Below, in pieces: positions 10,001 to 18,394 of a stretch of DNA of 30,682 nucleotides. A program made the translations under genes and the position numbers. How positions within the stretch are numbered: the first letter of the stretch is position 1; each line of letters opens with the position of its first letter. The notes under the pieces were generated by a model. It did not search any database, had not been told where the DNA came from, and saw nothing but the letters and a program-made list of their open reading frames with translations. The stretch is from Nanohaloarchaea archaeon B1-Br10_U2g21 (GTDB lineage Archaea; Nanohalarchaeota; Nanosalinia; Nanosalinales; Nanosalinaceae), in assembly GCA_001563915.1 (NCBI GenBank), contig LKMP01000011.1, forward strand, positions 1 to 30,682, written 5' to 3'.

Positions 10001-10593
10001 ATAGAAAATACTTTGACTATCCTGTGTATATTGATGGAATGATTAACGACGTCAATGCTCTTCACACAGCTTATCCTGAGTTCTTATCTGAAAAAGTTCA
10101 GGATAAAGTCCATAAAGAAAATTCCCCCTTCCTCAAAGAAAACATTAAGGCAATCGGAAGCCACAAAGAGAGACAAGAAGTATATGATTCAGGTCCATGT
10201 ATCATCTTGACAACTTCTGGAATGATTACTGGAGGACCAATTATGTCTTACCTCAAGGAAGAGGCCTCTAATCCCGATAATTCATTGATTTTTGTTGGTT
10301 ATCAGGCTGAAGGAACTCTAGGTAGAAAAATACAGAGCGGTAAAAGTCCTGTTAAGGTTAACGGAGAAAAAATAGATATCAATATGGATGTTTCCACAGT
10401 TTCAGGTTTTTCTGCTCACAGTGATAGGCAACAAATTATAAACTACTGTAAAAATCTAAGATCCACGCCTAATAGAGTATTGACAAATCACGGTGAGAAA
10501 AAGAAATGTTTCTCTCTAGCATCAACCTTGCACAAAATCTTGAGGATCGACACTTCCGCTCCTCAAAATCTTGAAGCCAACAGGCTTAACTAA
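7012..10593 (+). CDS. fttA: Beta-CASP ribonuclease aCPSF1 / transcription termination factor FttA, intein-containing (about 624 aa after splicing)
   Basis: N-terminal KH domains (PGKVIGNKG), LGGFRQVGRS, HAHMDH, GHIIGS, YTGD, PVFAVGRSQE, GYQAEGTLG, FSAHSD and NHGE. Start set at ATG 7012 (MEELK). Sits in its known position after psmB. Confidence 0.95.
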   Translation: MEELKDIKAELPRNANVSEIRYEASDIVLYTDSEEFFLDNRDTVKKLVSKLKKRVEVRPTSKLFRDPENAKKKIKEVVSGEAGLEDTIFQPSLGKVIIRAERPGKVIGNKGEGLREIRKETLWAPQVERVPAINSKIVDKARELTVEDPEFRKKFLHEVGEKIRLDKSVGDEWIRVSSLGGFRQVGRSCVLVQTEESNVLLDAGIDPSAEPGTAQNYPYLNAPELDLRNLDAVVLSHAHMDHCLTPDTPVTMANGERKPITEVEKGDDLKALNWETGELEKGTCTGTKEVKDDRYLEIKTPFNSINASGDHKFFGVKNLEVKEIEASNLETGDMIPRKSVHRGSKLVTLDKPDYRERIEVPETAKTELRNTRNKLGITQKEVSEQLGKGVNFVSDLENKYDSIYLENLKSMLELYKIDFKEFLENHDIETVSYPDELDREIAQLVGYFYGDGHKTGNRLRFTDKNKGCLQNYNELVYSIFNYRGNIRKHPDRTKNAYSLEINNVGIVRFLEQNFEGLYENGIDSTLPNKIRLGDHEVAQGFIKGLFDAEGDVNNQIRIAQSNPDARKQIQNLLSSINIKASNSDSNIRLSVSSGKSIRRFIEEVGSDHPIKSERLNELHPNLSNDSEEIIPVTSEDLHRVLEDAGMIGRVNGSPSYKELDSCLVDWYRRNPDSHATKKTVETLIDTLKQRISDIEALGIENISEARKGMSLTREIVAKSTDSTVSQIQLIEDRGQQTDYVVELESYIKEKLEQAIVKTRENIEKLENLLKLNLDWQKITSIEEKENEYGYLVDIRVDPQHNFIANDQVVHNCGMIPYLYKMGYDGPLYCTKPTRDIMIMMTLDYIGLAHSENNKAPYDSSAIKKAVKRTITPDYGEVTDITPDMRLTLKNSGHIIGSALTHLHIGEGLHNILYTGDYNYDSTEMLRPADTNFQRVETMITEATYGGRDDKQSPREESDKKFLSKMKQTLNKGGKVIVPVFAVGRSQEVLGLLSDEMDRKYFDYPVYIDGMINDVNALHTAYPEFLSEKVQDKVHKENSPFLKENIKAIGSHKERQEVYDSGPCIILTTSGMITGGPIMSYLKEEASNPDNSLIFVGYQAEGTLGRKIQSGKSPVKVNGEKIDINMDVSTVSGFSAHSDRQQIINYCKNLRSTPNRVLTNHGEKKKCFSLASTLHKILRIDTSAPQNLEANRLN
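7738..9444 (+). mobile_element. Intein (569 aa) with LAGLIDADG homing endonuclease and two XRE-like HTH domains
   Basis: N-junction HAHMDH|CLTPDT; block B SGDH; LAGLIDADG motifs LVGYFYGDG (about 8341) and FIKGLFDAEG (about 8632); block F/G VDIRV..HNFIANDQVVHN|C. Removal restores HAHMDH-CGMIPYL. Confidence 0.95.
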
Positions 10594-10626
10594 ACTCTAA
10601 AAACTTTCCCGATACAGATAGAGAAC

Positions 10627-12006
10627 ATGACAGACATAAAAATAGGTCTTGAAACACACGTACAACTCAATACAAACTCAAAACTGTTCTGCAGCTGTAG
10701 GAATGAGCAAAATGTAGAACCTAATACAAATGTCTGTCCAATATGTCTAGGCCATCCTGGCTCAAAACCAAGAGCAAACAAAGAAGTAATAAATCAGGCT
10801 TTCAAAGTCTGTAAAGCTCTGGAGCTAGACTTTAATGAAGAGTCTGTATTTGCACGTAAAACTTACTTTTATCCTGACATGTCGAAAAATTATCAGGTAA
10901 CTCAGTATGATAGACCCGTCGCACAGAATGGACGGTTTGAAGTTAAAATTAAAGACAAGAAAAAAGAGATAGGTATAAAGAGACTTCATATTGAGGAAGA
11001 TCCTGCACGACTTGTTCATGAAGAAAACTACTCAAAGGTAGATTACAACAGAGCCGGTACACCCTTACTTGAAATAGTCACCGACCCCGACTTAAAGTCA
11101 TCTGAGGAGGCCCGGACATATCTACAGCAGCTTGCTCACGTACTTGAATACTTGAAGGTCTACAGCCCTGTATCTGACTATTCAATTAAGAGTGATGCCA
11201 ACATTTCAATTAACGGCGGAGAAAGAGTAGAAATTAAAAACATTACAGGAACATCCGCAATAGAAAAAGCATTGAACTATGAACTCTCTCGACAAAAACA
11301 ACTAACAAAAAGAAACAAAGAGGTAAAACAACACACTCGCAGATACAATCCAGATATGGGTTCTACTATAAAAATGAGAGAAAAAGAAACAGAAGAAGAT
11401 TATGGATACATAGTTGACCCTGACCTTACAACCCAGAAAAGTAAAGATGTTTCTAACGTAGAAATACCTGAGCTGCCTCGAGAAAAGTATCGCAGATTCA
11501 AAAAAGACTATGAAATAAAAGATAAAATAGCCGAATCCCTTGTTTCTGACCCTGGACTAGCAAAAGCATACGAAAAACTAGCTCAAAAACATGATACACA
11601 TATAGCCGCAACTTTACTAACCGGAGACCTAAAGAAAGTCTTGAACTATAATGATGTGGCATATAGTGAGGCCAAACTCGAGATAGACTGGCTATCGCAT
11701 CTTCTAGAATTAATTGAAGAAAATCGTATTAGTGACAGAAACGCCGAAAAAGCACTACGCGAAATAGTAGAAAATCCAAGGCCTATCAAAGAGATTATAG
11801 AAGAACTAGGACTAGAGAAATCTAGCGATGACAAAGTAGCCCAAGCAGTAAACAAAGTGATTAAAAACGAGGAAGAGGCCGTGAAAGACTATACTTCAGG
11901 AGATGAAGGAGCAATCAATTATTTAGTAGGCCAAGTAATGCAAGTCACACAGGGAGGAGCAGATCCTAAAAAGACTCGAGAGCTTTTACTGGAAGAACTG
12001 GAATGA
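10627..12006 (+). CDS. gatB: Asp-tRNA(Asn)/Glu-tRNA(Gln) amidotransferase subunit B
   Basis: IGLETHVQL, KLFCSC..CPICLGHPG, RKTYFYPD..KNYQ, RLHIEED, DYNRAGTPLLEIVT, VEIKN, and C-terminal YqeY tail GQVM..T.G.ADP. Confidence 0.95.
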   Translation: MTDIKIGLETHVQLNTNSKLFCSCRNEQNVEPNTNVCPICLGHPGSKPRANKEVINQAFKVCKALELDFNEESVFARKTYFYPDMSKNYQVTQYDRPVAQNGRFEVKIKDKKKEIGIKRLHIEEDPARLVHEENYSKVDYNRAGTPLLEIVTDPDLKSSEEARTYLQQLAHVLEYLKVYSPVSDYSIKSDANISINGGERVEIKNITGTSAIEKALNYELSRQKQLTKRNKEVKQHTRRYNPDMGSTIKMREKETEEDYGYIVDPDLTTQKSKDVSNVEIPELPREKYRRFKKDYEIKDKIAESLVSDPGLAKAYEKLAQKHDTHIAATLLTGDLKKVLNYNDVAYSEAKLEIDWLSHLLELIEENRISDRNAEKALREIVENPRPIKEIIEELGLEKSSDDKVAQAVNKVIKNEEEAVKDYTSGDEGAINYLVGQVMQVTQGGADPKKTRELLLEELE

Positions 12007-12917
12007 AGGCGCACAAATTTTTAACAGAGAACGATATAGAATTTGAACTAGTTGAACAAGAAAACCCTACAAAAGACTGTGATGCTGCTGCTAGAGAAAG
12101 AGGAGTTGAAACTCATCAAATTGTTAAAAGTCTTATTATAGAGCGGCATTGTGAAAAAGGCGACAAAAAAAATACAGAGCTCCTTCATGTGCTGTTACCA
12201 GGAGACAGAACAATTTCTGAGAAAAAATTTGGCGAACATCACTTGGTAAATCCTGAAAGATCAGAAAAACTAACAGGTTTCAAATCAGGCACAGTACACC
12301 CTTTTTCAACAGATATTAAACATGTACTAGACTTCAGAGTACTCAAAAATGATAAAGTATCATTTACAGTAGGAGAGCAGCTTAAGGGAGTAATAATAAC
12401 TACTGCTAATTTTAGAAAAGCACTACAAAAATCAGATTTTGAGTACGAAGTCAAAGATGTAGCTCTTTCAGATAAAAGGGATATTGAATTACTAACAGCT
12501 AGAGATCTTCCTGAGGATAAAGCACAGTTTATCACTGAACATGGATTCACTCACCTATATCTCCAACTCAACTACAAAAATGATATGATAGTCAAAGCTT
12601 TAGAAGAAGCAAAGCGCTATCAATTAAGGCCTAGTAAGTCAATTTTAGAAAATATTTTAGAAATATCTAATACTCTAACTCAAGTGCAAAAAATCACAGC
12701 TTATTATGCTAAAAATGGAGAATTACCTCAGGAACAAGATGAGTTTGAAGTACATCAAGTTGTTGAGGATGTGTTCTCAGAATTTCCTAGTGCCAGAAAA
12801 GACCTTGAAAATGGTAAAGGCTCAGTTGAAAATTTTGTAATAGGCAAGGTTATGGAGAAAACTCGCGGAGAAGCTAAACCTGAAAAAGTTAGGGAGATTC
12901 TTCAATATGAGTATTAA
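12003..12917 (+). CDS. YbaK/INS-superfamily aminoacyl-tRNA deacylase fused to a GatB-like helical and YqeY domain
   Basis: The first ~150 aa show YbaK features (QIVKSL conserved Lys, LLPGD, TGFKSGTVHPF GxxxP loop). The 53 aa at 12744-12902 align ungapped with the tail of the adjacent GatB (20/53 identical by hand). ATGA overlap with gatB. Confidence 0.85.
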   Translation: MKAHKFLTENDIEFELVEQENPTKDCDAAARERGVETHQIVKSLIIERHCEKGDKKNTELLHVLLPGDRTISEKKFGEHHLVNPERSEKLTGFKSGTVHPFSTDIKHVLDFRVLKNDKVSFTVGEQLKGVIITTANFRKALQKSDFEYEVKDVALSDKRDIELLTARDLPEDKAQFITEHGFTHLYLQLNYKNDMIVKALEEAKRYQLRPSKSILENILEISNTLTQVQKITAYYAKNGELPQEQDEFEVHQVVEDVFSEFPSARKDLENGKGSVENFVIGKVMEKTRGEAKPEKVREILQYEY

Positions 12918-13596
12918 GAAAAAAATAGACGAAAAAGTAGAATCTTTGAAAGGGCAGGAAGACGTGAGAGCTGTAGCTATAGTAGGGAGCTATGCTCGTG
13001 AGCCTAAGATGAATCATAATGATATTGACATATATGTTATCGTGAAGGGCGGATGGCGTAAAAGAGAGACGTTTCAGGAAAATGGAGTCGTATGGGAAGT
13101 TTTCTATAATTCTATTGATTGGATTAAGACCTATTTTGAAGAAGATCGTAATTGGTATACCTACCACTGGTTAAGTAACGCTGATGTGCGTCATGATCCG
13201 GAAAACCTTTTCGAAGAACTAGAGGATCTAGCTGAGGAATGGAAAGAAAATCAGTTTAAAGTAGATAAAGAGCGACTACTATACAGCATATGGGATATTC
13301 AACAAGACTTAGATTCCTCTGACGTGGGTCAAAAAAGATTTATGATGCATAAAGCCTTCAACAGACTACTAGATAAACACTATCTCCTGAAAGAAGAACC
13401 ATTAGTTAAAGATAATTACAAGCTGAAACGAATGAAAGATTTTGATGGCTATATGTATAAACTATCTCAGGAATTCCTGATGGAGAGTTCAACAATGAAA
13501 AAAGAACAAAAACTCAATAAAATCATAGAACACGTCACAAAAAATATTGGTGTTCCTAAACCTGAGTGGAAAACTAAGAAAGAATTTCTAAACTAG
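12907..13596 (+). CDS. Pol-beta-superfamily nucleotidyltransferase with C-terminal helical domain
   Basis: hhGSYAR..NDIDIYV signature and a third acidic residue in WEVFY. Overlaps the upstream gene by 11 nt. Confidence 0.8.
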   Translation: MSIKKKIDEKVESLKGQEDVRAVAIVGSYAREPKMNHNDIDIYVIVKGGWRKRETFQENGVVWEVFYNSIDWIKTYFEEDRNWYTYHWLSNADVRHDPENLFEELEDLAEEWKENQFKVDKERLLYSIWDIQQDLDSSDVGQKRFMMHKAFNRLLDKHYLLKEEPLVKDNYKLKRMKDFDGYMYKLSQEFLMESSTMKKEQKLNKIIEHVTKNIGVPKPEWKTKKEFLN

Positions 13597-13597
13597 C

Positions 13598-13810
13598 TTA
13601 AGTTTGGTTTCTATCTTTTCTAAGCATCTTAAAGCCTATTTCAGTTCCTTGGTTATCGCTGTATATTCTTAGCGGCACATTTTCACTGATTTCATGGTAA
13701 AGCTTCCAGTCTGATCCGTCCAGCGCAACTTTTCCCTTCTCAATTGAATCAGCTAAATCTCGTAAGAATTCTGCTGCATCACTATTAGACAGATTAAATT
13801 CTTTATTCAT
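13598..13810 (-). CDS. Small amphi-Trp-like domain protein
   Basis: LSNSDAAEFLRDLADSIEKGKV amphipathic helix typical of this family. The C-terminal Trp is absent. Start is ATG 13810 or GTG 13825. Confidence 0.55.
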   Translation of the reverse strand: MNKEFNLSNSDAAEFLRDLADSIEKGKVALDGSDWKLYHEISENVPLRIYSDNQGTEIGFKMLRKDRNQT

Positions 13811-13876
13811 TTTCCTATAACTCACAGCTAGAAAACTGAGCCTTAGCTTCCATATTTCTAAAGCTTTTTGACTTCA

Positions 13877-15058
13877 TCACGCAAACATCTCGTCCGGATG
13901 CCTGTTTTCGTTTCCAAGGAAGTCTTTCTCTACTCCAAGGTTTCCTTCTTTCAAGTCCTTGATTGCTTCATTGAAGTCTGCCATTGAGACTTTTGCATTT
14001 TTAACATCTTCAAATCTTTCCAAGGCATTTACTGCAGCCTGTCTAGCTATCTGCTTGATGTCACGACCGGTAAAGTCATCATCAAGCTCTGAAGCAACTA
14101 ACTCGATGTCAATATCGTCTTCTAACTCTAGTTTACGAGTATGTACTTGTAAAATCTCTTTTTTAGCTTCCATATCAGGAACCGGTACCTCAATCGCAGA
14201 AGTCCTATTCAATAATGCAGGATCCATTATATCCGGAGTATTTGTTGCAAAAATAGATATAACGTTGTCATCGCCTTCAGAGTCAAGACCATCAAGTTCG
14301 CTCAATAACTGAGACATAGTTCTCTCTACTTCTTCTCCACCATGTCTCCTGTCATCAAGCCGCTTCTTTGCTATAGCATCAACCTCATCAATAAACACAA
14401 TTGCAGGCCTATCGCTAGCTCTTGCTTGTTCATAAAGTCTTTTCACCTTCTTTGCACCTTCCCCAATAAATTTCTCTACAAGTTGTGGGCCGTTAATCAT
14501 AAACATGTCGGCATCATACTCATTGCTTAAGGCCTTTACTAGGTGTGTTTTGCCTGTTCCAGGCCGTCCAATTAATAGTATAGATTTATCCATGTCAAGC
14601 CCCCAGCTCTGAATTTTGTCTAATTTATCTGAGTCTAGTTGGGCTCCAACATTGGAGTTTAAAGATTTTATTACGTGATCTAATCCTCCTATATCTTGAA
14701 ATGTGGTCTTAGTTTGTACAGGGACAAATTCGCTGTCTCTGACTTTTTCAACTACGTCAGTTATTTTGAATGTGTTAGGATCTAGGGCTACTTCAGTTCC
14801 AGGCTGGAGATCTTCAGGATTATAACCTTGAGGTACTTCAACTCCGTATCGGCCTTTCATATTGCCTGAGGCTTCTACCCATATTCTGCTGCCATCAAAT
14901 TCAGATACAATAACTCCTCTGAGTACCGGCGTTTTCAAAGTGGTGCCGTTAGGATTCTTGTCCTTTGTCTGTTGTTGAAAGTACTGTGGAAACTGTACTC
15001 TTTGCTTTTTACCGTCTTCCTTATCTTTCTCCAAGTCTTTATTGTTCTGTTCAGACAT
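13877..15058 (-). CDS. pan: Proteasome-activating nucleotidase (PAN)-like AAA+ ATPase, divergent
   Basis: OB domain (LKTP..LQPGTEVAL), DIGGL, Walker A GRPGTGKT, pore loop KFIGEG, Walker B VFIDEVDA, EVERTM.QLL.ELDG, C-terminal HbYX-like MFA. SD GAGGTG at 15065-15070 supports ATG 15058. Confidence 0.8.
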   Translation of the reverse strand: MSEQNNKDLEKDKEDGKKQRVQFPQYFQQQTKDKNPNGTTLKTPVLRGVIVSEFDGSRIWVEASGNMKGRYGVEVPQGYNPEDLQPGTEVALDPNTFKITDVVEKVRDSEFVPVQTKTTFQDIGGLDHVIKSLNSNVGAQLDSDKLDKIQSWGLDMDKSILLIGRPGTGKTHLVKALSNEYDADMFMINGPQLVEKFIGEGAKKVKRLYEQARASDRPAIVFIDEVDAIAKKRLDDRRHGGEEVERTMSQLLSELDGLDSEGDDNVISIFATNTPDIMDPALLNRTSAIEVPVPDMEAKKEILQVHTRKLELEDDIDIELVASELDDDFTGRDIKQIARQAAVNALERFEDVKNAKVSMADFNEAIKDLKEGNLGVEKDFLGNENRHPDEMFA

Positions 15059-15203
15059 TTGAAGCACCTCGATTAAAAACTTCCTGAGTTTCTTGTACCA
15101 TTTAACCCAGATCACTGTGTAACAAAAGGCCTTCTTATCTTTATAAATCAACTTGAAACAAGGGATTCAGGGCTTATAAGAGCTTATGGCTAATTAACCC
15201 GAT

Positions 15204-16604
15204 ATGGTTAATACTAAAATTGTGGCGACTCTAGGACCGGCTACATCTTCAAAACAAAAACTTGCCGAATTAGTAGATGCTGGTATGGACGTAGCTAGAT
15301 TAAACTTTTCGCATGTAGATAGAGATGCTCATCTAGAAACCTTTGAAACTATAAGGCAAGTTTCAGAGAAAACTGCAGTAATGGCTGATACTAAAGGTCC
15401 AGAAATTAGACTGGGTGAGGTCGAAGAAGGAACAGTATTGGAGAACGGGCATGTTATCGAGATACATAATGGAGAAGATAAATCTAATGCTGAAACACTC
15501 TACATTAATCACGATGGGCTTTTTGAAAATATTGAGCCAGGTGATGAGATAAGAATTGATGATGGCATTATAACACTTGAAGTAGAAAGAGCCGATAAAA
15601 TTGTAGAAGCTACAGTGATTTATGGCGGAAAAGTTTCTGACAGAAAGGCTGTAAATGTTCCCAGTAGAGATATAGGCCTACAGGCTCCTACCAAAAAAGA
15701 TAGAGAAGATATAGAGTTCGCTGCTAAGCATGGTTTTGACTTTATCTCATTATCATTTGTTAAAAAAGCGGAAGATGTCAAAAAAACAAGGCAGATACTT
15801 GAAAGATCTGGTTCTGAAGCGCAGATTATTTCAAAGATTGAGCATGAAAAAGCAGTAGAAAATTTTGATGAAATATTGGAGGCTTCTGATGCTATAATGG
15901 TGGCTCGAGGAGATTTAGGAGTTGAGCTTCCTGCAGCAGAAGTACCTCGGTTACAAAAAGAAATAATTGAAAAATGTAACAAGGCTGGTAAGCCAGTTAT
16001 TACAGCTACTCAAATGCTCGAATCTATGACAGAAAGCCCTACGGCTACAAGGGCAGAAATATCTGACGTAGCAAATGCTATAATGGATGGTACAGATGCA
16101 GTAATGCTTTCTGGAGAAACAGCTATAGGAAGCTATCCGATAAAAGCTGTTGAAACAATGAAGGAAATTTCTGAAGCTGTAGAAGATTCTATCAGGGATA
16201 AAGTGCATCATACTGTTAAAGAAAAATCTGTAAACAGAAGCGAAGTAATCTGTAAGAACGTTTGGCAAGCTTCAAGAGATATTGAGGCTTTATGCATTGT
16301 CATACACACTACTTCTGGCTCTACTGCAAGAAATATTTCAAAGTATCGGCCTGCAATATCTATAGTAGCTTTTACAGATACTGAGGTTGTTGAAAGACAG
16401 TTAAATCTTGTTTGGGGTGTAAAACCATTTTACCAAGAGTTTCCAGAAAATGTGGAAGATATGATTGTTGATTCTGCTGAGAGACTTAAAAATTTAGGAA
16501 TTTCTGAAGGAGAGGATAAGATAATCTTGAGTGCAGGGGTACCGACATCCATAACAGGAACTACTAATATGATGCAGATACGAACAATGAGAGAGCTATT
16601 ATAG
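15204..16604 (+). CDS. pyk: Pyruvate kinase
   Basis: TKIVATLGPA, RLNFSH, DTKGPEIR, KIE, MVARGDLGVE, ATQMLESM and DAVMLSGETA motifs. Confidence 0.97.
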   Translation: MVNTKIVATLGPATSSKQKLAELVDAGMDVARLNFSHVDRDAHLETFETIRQVSEKTAVMADTKGPEIRLGEVEEGTVLENGHVIEIHNGEDKSNAETLYINHDGLFENIEPGDEIRIDDGIITLEVERADKIVEATVIYGGKVSDRKAVNVPSRDIGLQAPTKKDREDIEFAAKHGFDFISLSFVKKAEDVKKTRQILERSGSEAQIISKIEHEKAVENFDEILEASDAIMVARGDLGVELPAAEVPRLQKEIIEKCNKAGKPVITATQMLESMTESPTATRAEISDVANAIMDGTDAVMLSGETAIGSYPIKAVETMKEISEAVEDSIRDKVHHTVKEKSVNRSEVICKNVWQASRDIEALCIVIHTTSGSTARNISKYRPAISIVAFTDTEVVERQLNLVWGVKPFYQEFPENVEDMIVDSAERLKNLGISEGEDKIILSAGVPTSITGTTNMMQIRTMRELL

Positions 16605-16675
16605 CTCTCTTATTCAGCTGAAAGAAATACAAAGTCATTTGTCTATAAGAGCTCATAATAGGGAAAAATAAGCGA

Positions 16676-16750
16676 CGAGCCCGTAGGGATTTGAACCCTA
16701 GACCTTTCGGTCCGAAGCCGAATGCTCTGTCCAGACTGAGCTACGGGCCC
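16676..16750 (-). tRNA. tRNA-Arg (anticodon TCG), intronless, CCA not encoded
   Basis: Reverse complement folds as a cloverleaf: acceptor GGGCCCG/CGGGCTC, anticodon stem TTCGG/CCGAA with loop CTTCGGA, T-loop TTCAAAT. TTATTTAA about 40 nt upstream. Confidence 0.95.
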
Positions 16751-16901
16751 TCTTATCATGAGGAATAATGAAGCTTTCGACTTGGAATGCTTAAATAACG
16801 ATGGATTAGACTGCCTAAAACGTATCTTTGAAACTCATTTTTTGTGATTGTTGAGTTTTTAATAAGGGAAAAAAGAATTATACGGATTTATAGATAGTTC
16901 A

Positions 16902-17540
16902 TTAAAGTTCTTGAGGATTCAATTCTTGAACTGCAATTGCTGCTAACTTTGCATCTTCATCTTCGTTTCTTAGGTTAGAGAGGTGTTGTCTTTCAAGAGC
17001 TTCGTTTTCATTAACTAAGACTCCCAATGAAGCTCCATATGCTGTCGCTGCCTCTTCTGCAATTTGATTTCCTCTAACTGCATCTCTTTGAGCTTGTTCT
17101 CCATATTCTAAGTGTTTCTGAAGTTCTTCTAGTTGATTTATGTTTTTATTGAGTTGTTCAGAGTCTTGATATGGTTTAACTCCTTTTTGAGCCATTTGAA
17201 GAGCTTGTTCGGCTTGTTTCTCTACTGTGGTTGCGGATTGTATAGGATTTCCTTGACCTGAAATTATGTCTGCGAATATTTCTCTGTATTCTTCAGCTTG
17301 CTTATTTGCGGCGCCTCTAGTAACATAGATATCCCCCATTCCTTCTGAACCATATTCTATTGCTTCTGCAAGCTCAGAAAGGTCTGTAGTCTGTAGCTCT
17401 TCAGCTGCTCTTGCTTGATGCGCGAGCCTGACAAGGCCTGTTTTCATACTTTCTTGCATGTCAGGGTTTTTGATGTCTTTTGTCATAGTGTATGCTTCAC
17501 CTATAGCTCTATGAACGAGATCAAAATTATATTCCGTCAT
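16902..17540 (-). CDS. Hypothetical Ala/Glu/Gln-rich alpha-helical protein
   Basis: Long acidic ORF with no recognisable motif and a possible internal duplication. Start is ATG 17540 (GTG 17549 alternative). Confidence 0.7.
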   Translation of the reverse strand: MTEYNFDLVHRAIGEAYTMTKDIKNPDMQESMKTGLVRLAHQARAAEELQTTDLSELAEAIEYGSEGMGDIYVTRGAANKQAEEYREIFADIISGQGNPIQSATTVEKQAEQALQMAQKGVKPYQDSEQLNKNINQLEELQKHLEYGEQAQRDAVRGNQIAEEAATAYGASLGVLVNENEALERQHLSNLRNEDEDAKLAAIAVQELNPQEL

Positions 17541-17678
17541 ATATGTCACTTTCCAGTAGTAATATTAAATAAGTTTTCTATAAGATATCGGTTCACAATT
17601 TAAAACAGAACGCTTCTGCCTTCAGAGTATTTATTACTTTAATATAGCAGTAGTTAGCTATAATTTAAGGTCGCCAGA

Positions 17679-18326
17679 ATGTCGCATCAAATCAAACCAT
17701 CAACAAGGGAACTGGAAGAAGCAAAGGAAATAATAGATGTAGCTCTATTGAAAGCAGAAGAAAACCTGCCGATTGAACAAGAAGTAGTTATAGAATTGGG
17801 CTGGACAGAAAATGAATTCACAATCGAGGAGATGGGAGGCTCAAATGGTTTTGCCAAGTATCCCAATATTATTACTCTGAATTTCAATACTTCAGCAGGC
17901 GAATGGCGTAAGTCTTTGAGAGCTTCTGCATTCCACGAGTACGCCCATATCTGGGATTATGAGCAGAGAGGCCAGCAGTGGGAGAAACGCTGGGAATACA
18001 TTCTCGGTGAGGCATTAACACAGCATTTTGCTGAACAGAACGCAGAATACGAATCGCCTTGGCGAACCAAACATAGTAAAGAAGAGATAGCTCAATATTG
18101 GTCAAAAATCAGAGACAAAGAACTTGACCATGTATATCATAATGACGGCGGAAACGATTCGTTATTTATCAATAAAGGAGAAGGCGAATATCCTAACTGG
18201 CTCGGCTATACACTATCATATCAGATAGGAGAACAACTACTTCAACACCACGATCTTGAAGACTTCCCAGAACTCGACAAAAAAGATGTAGTAGAAGCTG
18301 GGAACAAGATTTACACTAAAGCTTGA
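17679..18326 (+). CDS. Putative Zn-dependent metalloprotease (DUF2268-like gluzincin)
   Basis: HEYAH motif, downstream third-ligand Glu (GEALTQHFA) and WLGYTLSYQIG C-terminal motif. Confidence 0.75.
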   Translation: MSHQIKPSTRELEEAKEIIDVALLKAEENLPIEQEVVIELGWTENEFTIEEMGGSNGFAKYPNIITLNFNTSAGEWRKSLRASAFHEYAHIWDYEQRGQQWEKRWEYILGEALTQHFAEQNAEYESPWRTKHSKEEIAQYWSKIRDKELDHVYHNDGGNDSLFINKGEGEYPNWLGYTLSYQIGEQLLQHHDLEDFPELDKKDVVEAGNKIYTKA

Positions 18327-18394
18327 GTTTAAGCTATTTAGTGATTCTGAGGCACATTATTTTTGTAAGAAAGATTATTGCATCAATCTTGTAT

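Noticed and set aside
6348-10593. psmB-aCPSF1 adjacency as a novel linkage
   Set aside because: This is a known conserved archaeal gene neighbourhood.
15059-15151. Longer start for the PAN-like gene
   Set aside because: The extension is basic and atypical, covers the likely TATA box, and an SD precedes ATG 15058.
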